From Klebsiella phage vB_KpM_FBKp24, in sequence record MW394391.1: DNA of 64,000 nt. One strand, 5' to 3'. The position numbers and the translations under genes are program-made. This document shows positions 28,038 through 37,731 of this stretch, piece by piece. The number at the start of each line of letters is the position of its first letter. Position 1 is the stretch's first letter. The notes below the pieces were generated by a model. The model had not been told where the DNA came from. It did not search any database and saw only the letters and a list, made by a program, of their open reading frames with translations.

Positions 28038-28760
28038 TTATTTAAACGCCGGGTGAAGTTTGATCACTTTCACTTCCGCAGCGAGAGCTTTGTCAGCTTT
28101 GGCTTCGGCGAGGTCGATGGCTTGCTGGAGGTTAACCCAGAATTCGACAGTGGTTTTGGTGGCTTTTGCCAGGCGGTAGGCGGTGCGGATGGTCAGTTTG
28201 GATTTACCGTCGAGCAGACGCGACAGCGTTGACGTTGCCAGGCCGATGTGTTTGGCGAAATCAGTCGGGGCGATACCAGCGGGTTCCAGGTACTCTTTCA
28301 GGAGAATTTCACCTGGAGTGGAGGGTTTGCGTGCTTTTGCCATTTTTTGGTATTCCTTTGGTTTATAAGGAGAAGTTAGTGGTGCGTTGTTACACAATAC
28401 TACTTCTTGACGTGAAAGATTACCCGGAAAGAGAATCGATCCGACGACGAAAATCTCTTGTTTTAAACCGTCCGGGGTATTACGGAACAGCGTAATCTGA
28501 TTTTTGTTTTTCGCCAGAAGATCGGTGAGTAGTTTCACGTAATAATCTGACGGGTTATCGAGATCGCGTAGCAGGAGAACCTCGGCTTCCGCGAAACTGA
28601 TCCTCTTCTCCTGCACTATCGACATTTGCAGCGGGAACTTCAGTTTATGGACCAGGATATCGTACGGTAACGAAATCACCTCTTTCGGATTATTCTCTTT
28701 ATCAAGAATATACCGATTGAGTTCTTCGTCTTTGATGTCTTTGTTCACGTAGTGAATCAT
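28038..28760 (-). CDS. fusion protein: unknown N-terminal domain plus a C-terminal HigA-like (XRE) HTH antitoxin domain
   Basis: PGEILLKEYLEP..FAKHIGLATSTLSRLLDGKSKLTIRTAYRLAKATKTTVEFWVNLQ matches the HigA antidote family. Confidence 0.6.
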   Translation of the reverse strand: MIHYVNKDIKDEELNRYILDKENNPKEVISLPYDILVHKLKFPLQMSIVQEKRISFAEAEVLLLRDLDNPSDYYVKLLTDLLAKNKNQITLFRNTPDGLKQEIFVVGSILFPGNLSRQEVVLCNNAPLTSPYKPKEYQKMAKARKPSTPGEILLKEYLEPAGIAPTDFAKHIGLATSTLSRLLDGKSKLTIRTAYRLAKATKTTVEFWVNLQQAIDLAEAKADKALAAEVKVIKLHPAFK

Positions 28761-28815
28761 TTTGTTCTCCTTTATTTAAAGATTGGTGACCGTTTGTTGC
28801 CACCAACCGCCAAAA

Positions 28816-29250
28816 TTATTTGGTATAAACGAACCCGCTTAATGTCATACCTACCAAAGGATACGGTTTGACATTCTCTTCGTTGTCTAACATAATGGCA
28901 ACAACGGAGAGCGTAGGATATTCAGGGTCGGTTATGCGGTATTCCCCGCCCAGAAGAACTTTCCTTTTCTGTCTTTCAACTACTCCGATATGCGGTACTA
29001 AAACAGAGAAGTTCCCTTCCCGCGTCATGACGAAAGGGACACTAACTGAGAAACCGATATACTCTTTCTCCCCAGGGGGCGCAAACATAAGAGTATCGAC
29101 GATTATAGCAGAGTGCCCCTTAAGTTCATGCCCAGAAAAATCAGCGCGAGCTTTGAGGAAATCAAGCAATGGTAAGGGACCAGGTCTAGTTATCGGTACC
29201 CAGAGGTTACTAAATTTTTTTGCTTCCACGTTATGAATTCCTTCAAACAA
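28816..29250 (-). CDS. hypothetical protein (144 aa)
   Basis: ORF. Confidence 0.5.
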   Translation of the reverse strand: MFEGIHNVEAKKFSNLWVPITRPGPLPLLDFLKARADFSGHELKGHSAIIVDTLMFAPPGEKEYIGFSVSVPFVMTREGNFSVLVPHIGVVERQKRKVLLGGEYRITDPEYPTLSVVAIMLDNEENVKPYPLVGMTLSGFVYTK

Positions 29251-29270
29251 TTAGTTAGTTACAAAGTACG

Positions 29271-29666
29271 TTATCCGATAGTGATAATACGTTCTTCAAA
29301 TCTGAGCGGGTTAGGAATGTTTACGTCATCCATTTCTGAAAGGTAATACGCGGCAAGTTCCCGCGTAAAGAGAGAAACACTCGTCTCAGATAATGCGAGA
29401 GCGTCTGCAACTTTGATGACAATATTGTTCCAGAAGTCGCTTTTTACTTTCACTTTTAGCGTAGGGAACTTCCCGTCGGCAATAAAATCTAGACCGTATT
29501 CAAACGTCAGATGGTCAGAACAACCATAATCCGTTTCGACGTGCAAATCCGATAACCTCCCTCTTAGTTTCTCCTCAGTCATCGTAGGCATGACTATACA
29601 TAGGTCGATATCATTTTCGTTCTTCTCTGCATTGCAAAGAATGAAGACCATTCGCTGACTGCTCAT
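29271..29666 (-). CDS. hypothetical protein (131 aa)
   Basis: ORF. Confidence 0.5.
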   Translation of the reverse strand: MSSQRMVFILCNAEKNENDIDLCIVMPTMTEEKLRGRLSDLHVETDYGCSDHLTFEYGLDFIADGKFPTLKVKVKSDFWNNIVIKVADALALSETSVSLFTRELAAYYLSEMDDVNIPNPLRFEERIITIG

Positions 29667-29667
29667 T

Positions 29668-30078
29668 TTATTCTCCTTTTAAGTCCCTTAAATCAATAAG
29701 ACCATCGCAGTAACAGATTTTGAGATAATGTTCCTCGCCCTGAATAAATTTTACAATAGCCTCATTTACCCCTGTATCAATTATTTCGATACAACACAAA
29801 GAGACGGATAGTTCAGGATGGGATTTTTTTATTAAGTACGATAACTTCCTTGTGTTTTCCCGAATACCTTCTAAAGGAGATAAGTACTCGACCAAGACCA
29901 CTTTGTCATCTATTCTGCCTATGATAAAGGAAGCCCCAGTCGATAAATGACTGATCGGGTCTGGTATATTGTAGGGCTTAATGGTAAATTTACGGTCGCT
30001 ACCTATCAGCGTAAAGTCATACGTCCCCTCTTGTAGACCCGGTACAACATTTAAACCAAAGATACTCTCGATATCCAT
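29668..30078 (-). CDS. hypothetical protein (136 aa)
   Basis: ORF. Confidence 0.5.
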   Translation of the reverse strand: MDIESIFGLNVVPGLQEGTYDFTLIGSDRKFTIKPYNIPDPISHLSTGASFIIGRIDDKVVLVEYLSPLEGIRENTRKLSYLIKKSHPELSVSLCCIEIIDTGVNEAIVKFIQGEEHYLKICYCDGLIDLRDLKGE

Positions 30079-30090
30079 TTTCCCTCTCTC

Positions 30091-30456
30091 TTAAGGCATG
30101 ACAACCCAATAAGGATCGTCGAGATTGTCGGCGCACCACCGCGCAACCTTTAAGAATTCTTCAAAGTCAGAAAACCCAATATTGTTGCGTTGTTCTTTCG
30201 TCATAGGCCAGCGCGTCAGTAACTGAAGTTTCTCCAGGAAGAAGTCATCTATTTTACCGTAACAAATCCCATCTTTTTCTCGTCCACTGAAAACAATATT
30301 GAGATAGTTGTTAGTGAAGTTGGCCACCGAATAATAAGTGGAATGGTTAATGAACAATGAATTATCCATTGGGCAGGTACTGGGGACTTGCGCAAAAAGT
30401 TTATTGCCGTCCTCGGTGTCTTCTTTGAGCTCACCAAATTGAAATAAGATTGCCAT
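30091..30456 (-). CDS. hypothetical protein (121 aa)
   Basis: ORF. Confidence 0.5.
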   Translation of the reverse strand: MAILFQFGELKEDTEDGNKLFAQVPSTCPMDNSLFINHSTYYSVANFTNNYLNIVFSGREKDGICYGKIDDFFLEKLQLLTRWPMTKEQRNNIGFSDFEEFLKVARWCADNLDDPYWVVMP

Positions 30457-30480
30457 TCATTTTATCCTTTATAGCACGAA

Positions 30481-30505
30481 TCCTAGGAGAGGTTATCTCC
30501 TAGGA
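30481..30505 (-). other. intergenic stem-loop (TCCTAGGAGA / TCTCCTAGGA), first of three hairpins in a 131-nt gap
   Basis: Perfect 10-bp stem. Confidence 0.4.
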
Positions 30506-30587
30506 CGATGGAGTTATTTAATGTTTTTAATTTTCTCTTAGTTGAATAAAACGCGGGTTTGACCGCCCGCTTCGGCTTATAACAGGA

Positions 30588-31394
30588 TTACATTCCTGTA
30601 ACGATTGCTTTCAACCAAGCCTCGACAATGGCCTGATTTTTAGGGTAAAGCGCCACGTTACTAAAACCTTCTTCCGTAATCGTAATCGCGTAACGTTCAT
30701 CGTACTGTGGCAAACTTAATGCGGGAGTCACGGTGAAATACCGCGCCGGTTTAAACGACCCGTTAGAATTTAACCATTTAGTCTGGTCAAAAACGTAATC
30801 AATCTCTGCCCGCATTGAAACCCTGGCTTTGATCCCGCCGAACAGCGCATGGTATTGTTCGGTTATTTTTGGTTTCAGTTGCTGCCCCGGTGAGAGATTC
30901 TCGGTATTAAATACGGGTACGATAATCCCTCTTTCCGTTACGTACTCTTCAATGACTTCGAAGAACGGCGAGAGGGTCTTCAGATTCAAGGGGTAGCGAT
31001 CATCGCACTGAAACAAACCGTACGGGCGAATATCGATGTTGGGAGTGCGCAGTAAATACTCGTAGATGAATTCCCCAAACCAACGCATGATTCGCCCTTC
31101 CGGCGAACAATCGAACCACGCGCCCTTACCAGGTGTGGAACAGGTAAAACGGACTACAACTTTTCCCTCCACCGGCCTTTCAACAATTGATAACCAATGA
31201 TAATCGTTATTTTTGGTATAAGTAAACATCGGGTAAAGTTTAGCGGCGGGATGATCGAAAAGTGACTTTTTAGGAATGACGTTAACAGTCGTACCTTCGC
31301 CATCCTTTTCCGCTAAATCAACGATCATCTCTGGAACAAGGGGGTGAACAGCGTTTTGAGTAACCACTGATTTTTCGTTTGGTAAAATAATCAT
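30588..31394 (-). CDS. hypothetical protein (268 aa)
   Basis: ORF. Confidence 0.55.
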   Translation of the reverse strand: MIILPNEKSVVTQNAVHPLVPEMIVDLAEKDGEGTTVNVIPKKSLFDHPAAKLYPMFTYTKNNDYHWLSIVERPVEGKVVVRFTCSTPGKGAWFDCSPEGRIMRWFGEFIYEYLLRTPNIDIRPYGLFQCDDRYPLNLKTLSPFFEVIEEYVTERGIIVPVFNTENLSPGQQLKPKITEQYHALFGGIKARVSMRAEIDYVFDQTKWLNSNGSFKPARYFTVTPALSLPQYDERYAITITEEGFSNVALYPKNQAIVEAWLKAIVTGM

Positions 31395-31470
31395 CGTGCA
31401 GTTTCCTTCTTCGTGACCAGTTAGTGGCCCGTTACGTTAGATAAGAGAATTTTAGATTCTCAGGTATAGA

Positions 31471-31510
31471 GTGTAGAGACTAGGTCTCTACACTTAAGTG
31501 ATATAGGCGT
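31471..31510 (-). promoter_or_regulatory. 10-bp-stem hairpin (GTGTAGAGAC/GTCTCTACAC) plus a GTGATATAGGCGT motif copy
   Basis: Motif at 31498-31510. It lies ~100 nt upstream of ATG 31394. Confidence 0.35.
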
Positions 31511-32040
31511 TAATTAACTTGGGTCTCGGTATTCTTCACGTAAATTCCCGTTTCAACAAATAACGAAAACCCTACGGCTGAAATCTCAACCTTCTCATTA
31601 CTTTCAGCAGTAACTTTTGCGCACATGTTGGTGTTTTCAGTATTGATCTCGCCAGTTACGCGAATAGTGGCTTTTTCAACGATCCCAGGTATAGCGACTT
31701 CCGCTTCGCTTTTCAAATCCAGAATCCGGAAATTGTAGTTCTCGACTTGGATAGGTGTGAATGTAGGGTAAGGGACAATTACATACCCTGCTGCCACTAG
31801 CTCATCTGCGTCATTGTATCGATTATAATGGACAAGTACCTTGTCTACATGGATCGCGGTAATCTCCCGGCGACACATTTCCTCCATTTCCATTCTTGGG
31901 AAAGATAAGAAAAAGATATTAAACCCTTCCTTAGAATCTGCTTTAAAGAAGATATCTTTCCCTGTTTCAAGAATCCCGACGAAATGATGGTGGTTTTCTC
32001 TGATGATTTTGAACTGCATTTTCTTAATGTCAGTAAACAT
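31510..32040 (-). CDS. hypothetical protein (176 aa)
   Basis: ORF. Confidence 0.5.
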   Translation of the reverse strand: MFTDIKKMQFKIIRENHHHFVGILETGKDIFFKADSKEGFNIFFLSFPRMEMEEMCRREITAIHVDKVLVHYNRYNDADELVAAGYVIVPYPTFTPIQVENYNFRILDLKSEAEVAIPGIVEKATIRVTGEINTENTNMCAKVTAESNEKVEISAVGFSLFVETGIYVKNTETQVN

Positions 32041-32058
32041 ACTTTATTTTCCTATTAT

Positions 32059-32499
32059 TTAGGGATAAATTCCGTAAGATTCCCACTCTACCAAACCCAC
32101 GGGCGTCAATAAACCCCGTCCAATTTCCTGCTCCCGATCTTTCTGTTTATCCTTTTCAGAAAAGTCGTCAATGCGCATTAACCTATTTGATGCCAAAAGG
32201 TGATTCCCTTTATTCCCGCACAGGCTTTCGTAGTGGATAACTTTAGGGGAGATTGTACGCACCCCTTCGTCAGTGTTAAAACTTAGTATAGCTGTAGTAC
32301 TAAGTTCCCCCTCCAATAACCATAGCGTTTCCGTTGTGTCCCCTGTTCCGCGAATTTTCTGATCGTGGTTTAAAAAGAAAATATGAATTTTTTCGTTTTT
32401 AGGTATTAATTCCACAACCCTGACTACTTTCCCGACGTTATCAAGGTGTTCGGGGTCGCTGATCACGAGCGCTAAACAACCCGCCTCGATTGGTTTCAT
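32059..32499 (-). CDS. hypothetical protein (146 aa)
   Basis: ORF. Confidence 0.5.
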   Translation of the reverse strand: MKPIEAGCLALVISDPEHLDNVGKVVRVVELIPKNEKIHIFFLNHDQKIRGTGDTTETLWLLEGELSTTAILSFNTDEGVRTISPKVIHYESLCGNKGNHLLASNRLMRIDDFSEKDKQKDREQEIGRGLLTPVGLVEWESYGIYP

Positions 32500-32876
32500 G
32501 CGCGTTTCTCCTGTGTAAGGAAATACTCGCGTATTCCTTCGGCTAACGGACCGAAATCGGATACCAACTGTAACAGAGCTAGTTGGTCATCGGTCTGCCG
32601 TAGTCGTTCTAACCCGATACGCGGTGGTGTTAGTCCTACCTCAGTCAGTTCCAATTTACCGAGATAGATCTTTGTCTGCCCGCGATCGAGAAAGGCGTGA
32701 AAGGACAATTCCGGCCCAGTAGCAAGAATCAGCCCATCAAAGGGATTCTTCCCGCTATACACGCTTTCCCTCTGAAAATGGAAAGACGCCGCCACTTTCT
32801 CGCCTTCCCCTAATTCCTTTTGACAATGTTTTAACCAACGTTCAGTCAATTCCGCTTCTTTGAATTTAAATTCCAT
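32496..32876 (-). CDS. hypothetical protein (126 aa)
   Basis: AAGGAG RBS. A terminator lies upstream. Confidence 0.55.
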   Translation of the reverse strand: MEFKFKEAELTERWLKHCQKELGEGEKVAASFHFQRESVYSGKNPFDGLILATGPELSFHAFLDRGQTKIYLGKLELTEVGLTPPRIGLERLRQTDDQLALLQLVSDFGPLAEGIREYFLTQEKRA

Positions 32877-32906
32877 ACCGACTCCTTATTAAACAAAATA
32901 AAAATA

Positions 32907-32930
32907 TAGGGACAAACGTCCCTATATTTC
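32907..32930 (-). terminator. rho-independent terminator
   Basis: ATATAGGGAC-AAAC-GTCCCTATAT, followed by TTTTTATTTTGTTT on the minus strand. Confidence 0.8.
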
Positions 32931-32941
32931 AGTACGTACTT

Positions 32942-34630
32942 TTAGTAGTGGCGCGTCAGCGAATAACGCACGGTAGCGCCATCTGCCATTTCAGCAACCA
33001 GATTGAAAGGTCCAGTGCTACGATAGATTTCAACACCAGTGTTCCCGGGGATCTGAATCCCTGCCGCAACAGAACCTTCCACTTCTTCCAGCTTATTCGC
33101 TTGGGAGAACGCTTCAACAACGCGACGGACATCGCGGAGTTCATGCGTCAGCTCTTCGGCAAACAGCGCAGATTGGTTTGAATTTTTGTCCTTAAATCCT
33201 TCGAGGACTAAAATCATACCGTGATCTGGAGTGTTGTACGTGAAGGTCTCTTTCCCGCCCCACGCTTGCGGAGAGAGGGTGATCCCAACCACTTTTACCG
33301 GACCCGTTGCATCCGTCCAATTCATCAGACGAGAACCACCTTGGTAGCTGTAGCAAGAAACGGAGTTGCGCTTCTCTTCCGAATCCCAGCGATGGATAGG
33401 TTTGGCATCGACAACCACGCGATCTGTCATCTGAACGGTGTTGAATCGCGAATAACCCGCATTGTGGAATTCGACGGTCAAAGATTGCGCCTTAGGCAAG
33501 ACCTCTACCATAAATTGCATTAGGGAAATCGCACCACCGTCAACAACCCGTTTCGCAGGGGCAACTTTCTCTTCTTTGGTTTTCAGGCCATCGAAGATGC
33601 TACCGACTTCTTCCGTCTCTTTTGCCGTCGCAGTCGGCTGCCATACCCATTCCTGAATATCGCTCACCAACGCGAAACGACGGCGGAACGCGGATTCGAT
33701 CCCGAGCGTTTTCACTAACGTTTTCGCCTTTTCCAACTGCTCCTCAGTTGGAGCTTCAGTGGCGCGCATGTAGTTAACACCTTCAATGCTTTCACGGAAT
33801 TTACGAATCGCGTATTGTTCGTGACCGCTTTGAATGTCGTCCATCAACACGCCGACGACCGTAGTGTGGAAATGAATGATGTCTTTGTTGTCAAAGTTCA
33901 TCGCTTCCCACACCAGGTTGTTTTTGATGTTGTTGTTTTTGGTGGCATTGAACTCGCGATGGAGTTTCGCCCAGGTTTTAAACCGGTTGGCGAATTTGGT
34001 GATATGTTTCAATTCACCGTGTTCGAACAGTTCAACAGCCCGCTGCACTGTTTCAGGCGCCCAGCGTGTCAGGCCACTGCGCAGGATACGAACCAGTTCA
34101 CGCCCTTCTGCTTCTTTACCTAAACGCTCTTCGTCGTTATCGTAAGTAAAGATCAGCGCAGTCGATGCACAGTTCAGTTTACCGTTGAAGTGGCGGAATT
34201 TACCAGAATGCTTCAGCGAGTAATCGGCGACGTTCTCCACGACGATGTCGGTTACCGGGCAACGGGCGACAATACGGTTCAATGCCTTAACCATCGCGTA
34301 TGCGTTGGTGTGCGGTTCGCCCTCTGCTTCGATATCAATATCGAAAGCCAGGCTCTTAGCTACGCCGTCATCGATGGTCACATATTGGCCAAATTTATTC
34401 AGCCAGCGTTCACAGGTTTTACAGCGGTACTGTTGACGCTGCTCTTCCGGAAACAGGCTCAGGTAATGTTGATACAGCGATTTGCCAGTGCTGGCTTCAA
34501 CATCGACTTTATAAATATCGTCATCGATATCGAAAAGAGAAAGGTTGTGCTCAATAATATCAACCAAAGAATCGTAAAAACGATCTTCAGCGACAACAGT
34601 TTCATTGGAAGCTACGATTTGTTCAGACAT
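32942..34630 (-). CDS. large hypothetical protein (562 aa)
   Basis: Long ORF with a CKTCERW Cys pair. The antisense ORFs are rejected. Confidence 0.6.
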   Translation of the reverse strand: MSEQIVASNETVVAEDRFYDSLVDIIEHNLSLFDIDDDIYKVDVEASTGKSLYQHYLSLFPEEQRQQYRCKTCERWLNKFGQYVTIDDGVAKSLAFDIDIEAEGEPHTNAYAMVKALNRIVARCPVTDIVVENVADYSLKHSGKFRHFNGKLNCASTALIFTYDNDEERLGKEAEGRELVRILRSGLTRWAPETVQRAVELFEHGELKHITKFANRFKTWAKLHREFNATKNNNIKNNLVWEAMNFDNKDIIHFHTTVVGVLMDDIQSGHEQYAIRKFRESIEGVNYMRATEAPTEEQLEKAKTLVKTLGIESAFRRRFALVSDIQEWVWQPTATAKETEEVGSIFDGLKTKEEKVAPAKRVVDGGAISLMQFMVEVLPKAQSLTVEFHNAGYSRFNTVQMTDRVVVDAKPIHRWDSEEKRNSVSCYSYQGGSRLMNWTDATGPVKVVGITLSPQAWGGKETFTYNTPDHGMILVLEGFKDKNSNQSALFAEELTHELRDVRRVVEAFSQANKLEEVEGSVAAGIQIPGNTGVEIYRSTGPFNLVAEMADGATVRYSLTRHY

Positions 34631-34684
34631 GTCATTTCCTATTTTGCAAAATAAGGGGTTTTGTTCAGAGTAATTCTAACGGGT

Positions 34685-35278
34685 TTATTTTCGGAACAGA
34701 TTTAAAAATCGGGTAAGTAAAGAAGGACGAGATTTCCGCATAACTTCAGCCCAGTACGCGCCTTCATCGACAGGGGATTTATCGGCAGCAGATGCATAAT
34801 CGGAATAATTTGCGGCGGATGCGTAATTGTCAGAGGGACTGTACTGTTTAGAATCAGTGTAGGGTCTTTTCTTTTCCTGCTTAGCGTCCTGCAGCCGTTG
34901 CCGCTGTACTGCCTCTTCAGCGATATAAGTATTTTTATTACGCATGAAATCCATCAGTGAGGCTAAAGCCAATTCCGCGCGGGCAGTGGAATTGTAGGTG
35001 ATGGAGCAATTGTTCACGTTCCGCCCATCGTTCGTTTGGAAACGGACTAGACCATCACCGTTTGACAAAGTGAACACTTCATTAGTGACCACATTCAGTG
35101 AAGCAACCGGGACCGCTATTGTAATAACGTCGCCCATAATTTCCAACTGGGTGCCGTTATCGATTATTATCCAAAAACGATTTTCCACCTGTTGAACCAG
35201 TTTCCCCAAAAAGTCCGTTCGCTCTGGAATGATCGCACCGTTTTCGTTAGGGACGTCACTACGAATGTTATCTTGCAT
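34685..35278 (-). CDS. hypothetical protein (197 aa)
   Basis: ORF. Confidence 0.5.
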   Translation of the reverse strand: MQDNIRSDVPNENGAIIPERTDFLGKLVQQVENRFWIIIDNGTQLEIMGDVITIAVPVASLNVVTNEVFTLSNGDGLVRFQTNDGRNVNNCSITYNSTARAELALASLMDFMRNKNTYIAEEAVQRQRLQDAKQEKKRPYTDSKQYSPSDNYASAANYSDYASAADKSPVDEGAYWAEVMRKSRPSLLTRFLNLFRK

Positions 35279-35636
35279 GAGGAAGCTCCGGGGTTAGATC
35301 GCCAACTTTAAGAACGGTAACAGCGCGGTCCTTTTTATCGTACGGGATAAAGGCTATACAGAAGTAGCGTTCTTCTTGCATCAACTGAACAATTTTCCCT
35401 TCTGATTTAATGTCCTTCCCTTCCCACTTGAGTCTCGTGATAGAGACATCGAAGTCAAAAACTAAATCCTCCGCGGGTTCTTTCTCTACTGCTACGGTTT
35501 CACTTTTGACCAGAATCTTTGTATCACCCGCGTACAGGAATATCTTACCGTCACGAATATAGAGTGTTGCTTCCGCATCGCGAAACGGTTGGAAATCAAT
35601 AAAATCCATTTCCTCAAGAATAAACGTCTTCGCCAT
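35268..35636 (-). CDS. hypothetical protein (122 aa)
   Basis: ORF. Confidence 0.5.
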   Translation of the reverse strand: MAKTFILEEMDFIDFQPFRDAEATLYIRDGKIFLYAGDTKILVKSETVAVEKEPAEDLVFDFDVSITRLKWEGKDIKSEGKIVQLMQEERYFCIAFIPYDKKDRAVTVLKVGDLTPELPHAR

Positions 35637-35639
35637 AGC

Positions 35640-35969
35640 TTAATCCGCCAGATCAATAATTTGCTCGGTAAAAGGGAACCGGTTCGCTAACATCTCCATA
35701 CAGGTTCCTACCGAATCGCCAATGAAATAGTAGTCGTAAAGCATCCCGCTCGTATGACGGTGCTTGACATGTAGTATCAGTCCTTTACGATCGGCTGCGT
35801 AAAAGTCATTAAACCACGCAGAGGTGATGTACTCACCTACACCAAACACCGCCCGTAAATAATCTTTCACCGTCATCTGTTCATTTTCCGGGAAAAATCC
35901 AAACGACTTTATCTCGAACAGTTCAAAGCGATGTTCTAATTGCATGTTAACTCCCTCGTTAAAGGCCAC
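35640..35969 (-). CDS. hypothetical protein (109 aa)
   Basis: ORF. Confidence 0.5.
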   Translation of the reverse strand: MAFNEGVNMQLEHRFELFEIKSFGFFPENEQMTVKDYLRAVFGVGEYITSAWFNDFYAADRKGLILHVKHRHTSGMLYDYYFIGDSVGTCMEMLANRFPFTEQIIDLAD

Positions 35970-36006
35970 AAAAAGACTCCTGAGGCAATAACCTCAGGAG
36001 ACCGTA

Positions 36007-36783
36007 CTATTTACGCTTTTTCTTTTTGGATTGCCCAGAAGCGTGTTTAGACACGCGTTTAGGACGTGCCGGTGGCGCGGTGAAAAGGTTGCGTTTTCCG
36101 CCCATACTGAATCCGCCATTGAAAGAGAAGCTGGTCTGGAACTCTGAGGGCAGAGCTTCTTTAAACTTGGTTTTCCACGCCTGACGCAGCGCTACGTGAT
36201 TAACCTGAAATGTCCCTTGAACAAACCAGTCGCCCGGGTTACGCTCAATCAGCGTTTTCCCGCCGTAGGTTGCAGTGACGGTGTTCTCTTCTTGGCTGAC
36301 AACAATACTGACAACCGGGTGTTCGATCGCTGGTTTTTCTGCATTGACCAGCTCGGAAGCACTGTCTAATTCGATGTGCTTCGTTGAAAGATCTGCAGGG
36401 GTAATTTCGTGCCGATAATATTCACCGGGGTTGTCATCAACTTCAATCCCTTTCCCGAATCGTCCGGACTGAGAATGATTTTGTACCTTTTTGGTATCAG
36501 GAATAAATGCGGGTTCGTCTACGTAAATAAGACGACTCTTTTCTTTTGGTGTTTCTGCTGCAGGTAGTACTAATCTATCGTACGGGGAACGTACATGGAA
36601 ATTGAAAGGTTTTAACTCGCGACCATCGCCCAGTACGCGCTCCAATTCTTCTTCAGAAATAAACGCCGGGTCATCTACCGGAATGGTCAGGCGTGTTTGC
36701 CCGCGGCCGTGGACGTTTTGTTTTTCTGCGAGAGTTTCAGCGGTGATCACGCCTTCTACAGCTTCGATTTTTTTACTTTCCAT
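36007..36783 (-). CDS. hypothetical protein with a polybasic C-terminal tail (258 aa)
   Basis: C-terminus ..RVSKHASGQSKKKKRK. Confidence 0.55.
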   Translation of the reverse strand: MESKKIEAVEGVITAETLAEKQNVHGRGQTRLTIPVDDPAFISEEELERVLGDGRELKPFNFHVRSPYDRLVLPAAETPKEKSRLIYVDEPAFIPDTKKVQNHSQSGRFGKGIEVDDNPGEYYRHEITPADLSTKHIELDSASELVNAEKPAIEHPVVSIVVSQEENTVTATYGGKTLIERNPGDWFVQGTFQVNHVALRQAWKTKFKEALPSEFQTSFSFNGGFSMGGKRNLFTAPPARPKRVSKHASGQSKKKKRK

Positions 36784-36810
36784 TTTATTTTCCTTCTTTT
36801 AGAAAATTGA

Positions 36811-37143
36811 TTAACGACGACGTTTTACTTTGATCGGTTTAGCACGTACCTTCTTCTTCGGTAACGGTCGACCTTTGGCGTGCTTAGAAACACGGATCGC
36901 TTCTAATTTCTCGATTTCATAATCGATAGTTTCCCCGCTGTCGTCAGTGATTCGGTTCAACACGGTAATGTCAATGTGTTTTACCTTCACCTTTAATAAC
37001 GGGAAATGTTTCTGAAAGATTTCTGCCAGAGTATCAAAGTTAATGGTCGATGTTTTTGGATCCACTGCTTCACGGAATAAACTGTGATGAAGAGAGTGGC
37101 CTTGAGTTCTGGCAGAAAGGGTGTTCTTAATCCGTTCTTTCAC
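36811..37143 (-). CDS. hypothetical protein with a polybasic C-terminal tail (110 aa; GTG start)
   Basis: C-terminus ..VSKHAKGRPLPKKKVRAKPIKVKRRR. GGGAGGA RBS. Confidence 0.5.
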   Translation of the reverse strand: MKERIKNTLSARTQGHSLHHSLFREAVDPKTSTINFDTLAEIFQKHFPLLKVKVKHIDITVLNRITDDSGETIDYEIEKLEAIRVSKHAKGRPLPKKKVRAKPIKVKRRR

Positions 37144-37210
37144 AGGTTATCCTCCCTGTCGTTTTTATTAAAAGTTGGTTCATAATCGAGTTACCAAACT
37201 AAAAAATAAA

Positions 37211-37237
37211 TTGAGGGGATCCGAAGACCCCCTCAAT
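37211..37237 (-). terminator. rho-independent terminator
   Basis: ATTGAGGGG..CCCCTCAAT, followed by T6ATTT on the minus strand. Confidence 0.7.
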
Positions 37238-37239
37238 CG

Positions 37240-37713
37240 TTAATTTACCAAATAGAAGATAACGTCTTCAGCGAGCGTAAAGTTGGTGAGTAGGGATTCA
37301 TAAGTCTTGTCCCGACGTACGCGGCTAAAATAAAAATACGCTTCGTCTACGTAAACGTGCGTAATGGGATGTTTTCGGTACGCAGCGGTATAACCCTGTT
37401 CGTACGGTTTTCCGACGATGACCCTTAAGTCTTGCGGTATTACCCCAGCGTTACGCGTAAACCGAGACAAAAGTTCTTCTTTCATTTCACTCGTCGGGAA
37501 TAAGATGAGTGAGTGGGCAGGGTCTTTTTTAGCCCGTGAAAATATCCATTCGGTCTTTCCTGTTTGCCGCGTTGCAGTAAAGCCAATAGTGCGACACTCC
37601 CGAAGTAAAATCGGTCGCCGCCAATCACAACGTTTGGCCTGCTCAGAATTCTCTGAGATAAGCGTCTTTTCTAATACCTGCGCAATTGATTCAAAATCGT
37701 TTTTATTTGCCAT
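37240..37713 (-). CDS. hypothetical protein (157 aa)
   Basis: ORF. Confidence 0.5.
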   Translation of the reverse strand: MANKNDFESIAQVLEKTLISENSEQAKRCDWRRPILLRECRTIGFTATRQTGKTEWIFSRAKKDPAHSLILFPTSEMKEELLSRFTRNAGVIPQDLRVIVGKPYEQGYTAAYRKHPITHVYVDEAYFYFSRVRRDKTYESLLTNFTLAEDVIFYLVN

Positions 37714-37731
37714 GGTGTATTTTGCCTTTTG

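Noticed and set aside
33221-34654. Several plus-strand ORFs antisense to the 562-aa gene
   Set aside because: Antisense to a long coding ORF, with no start context.
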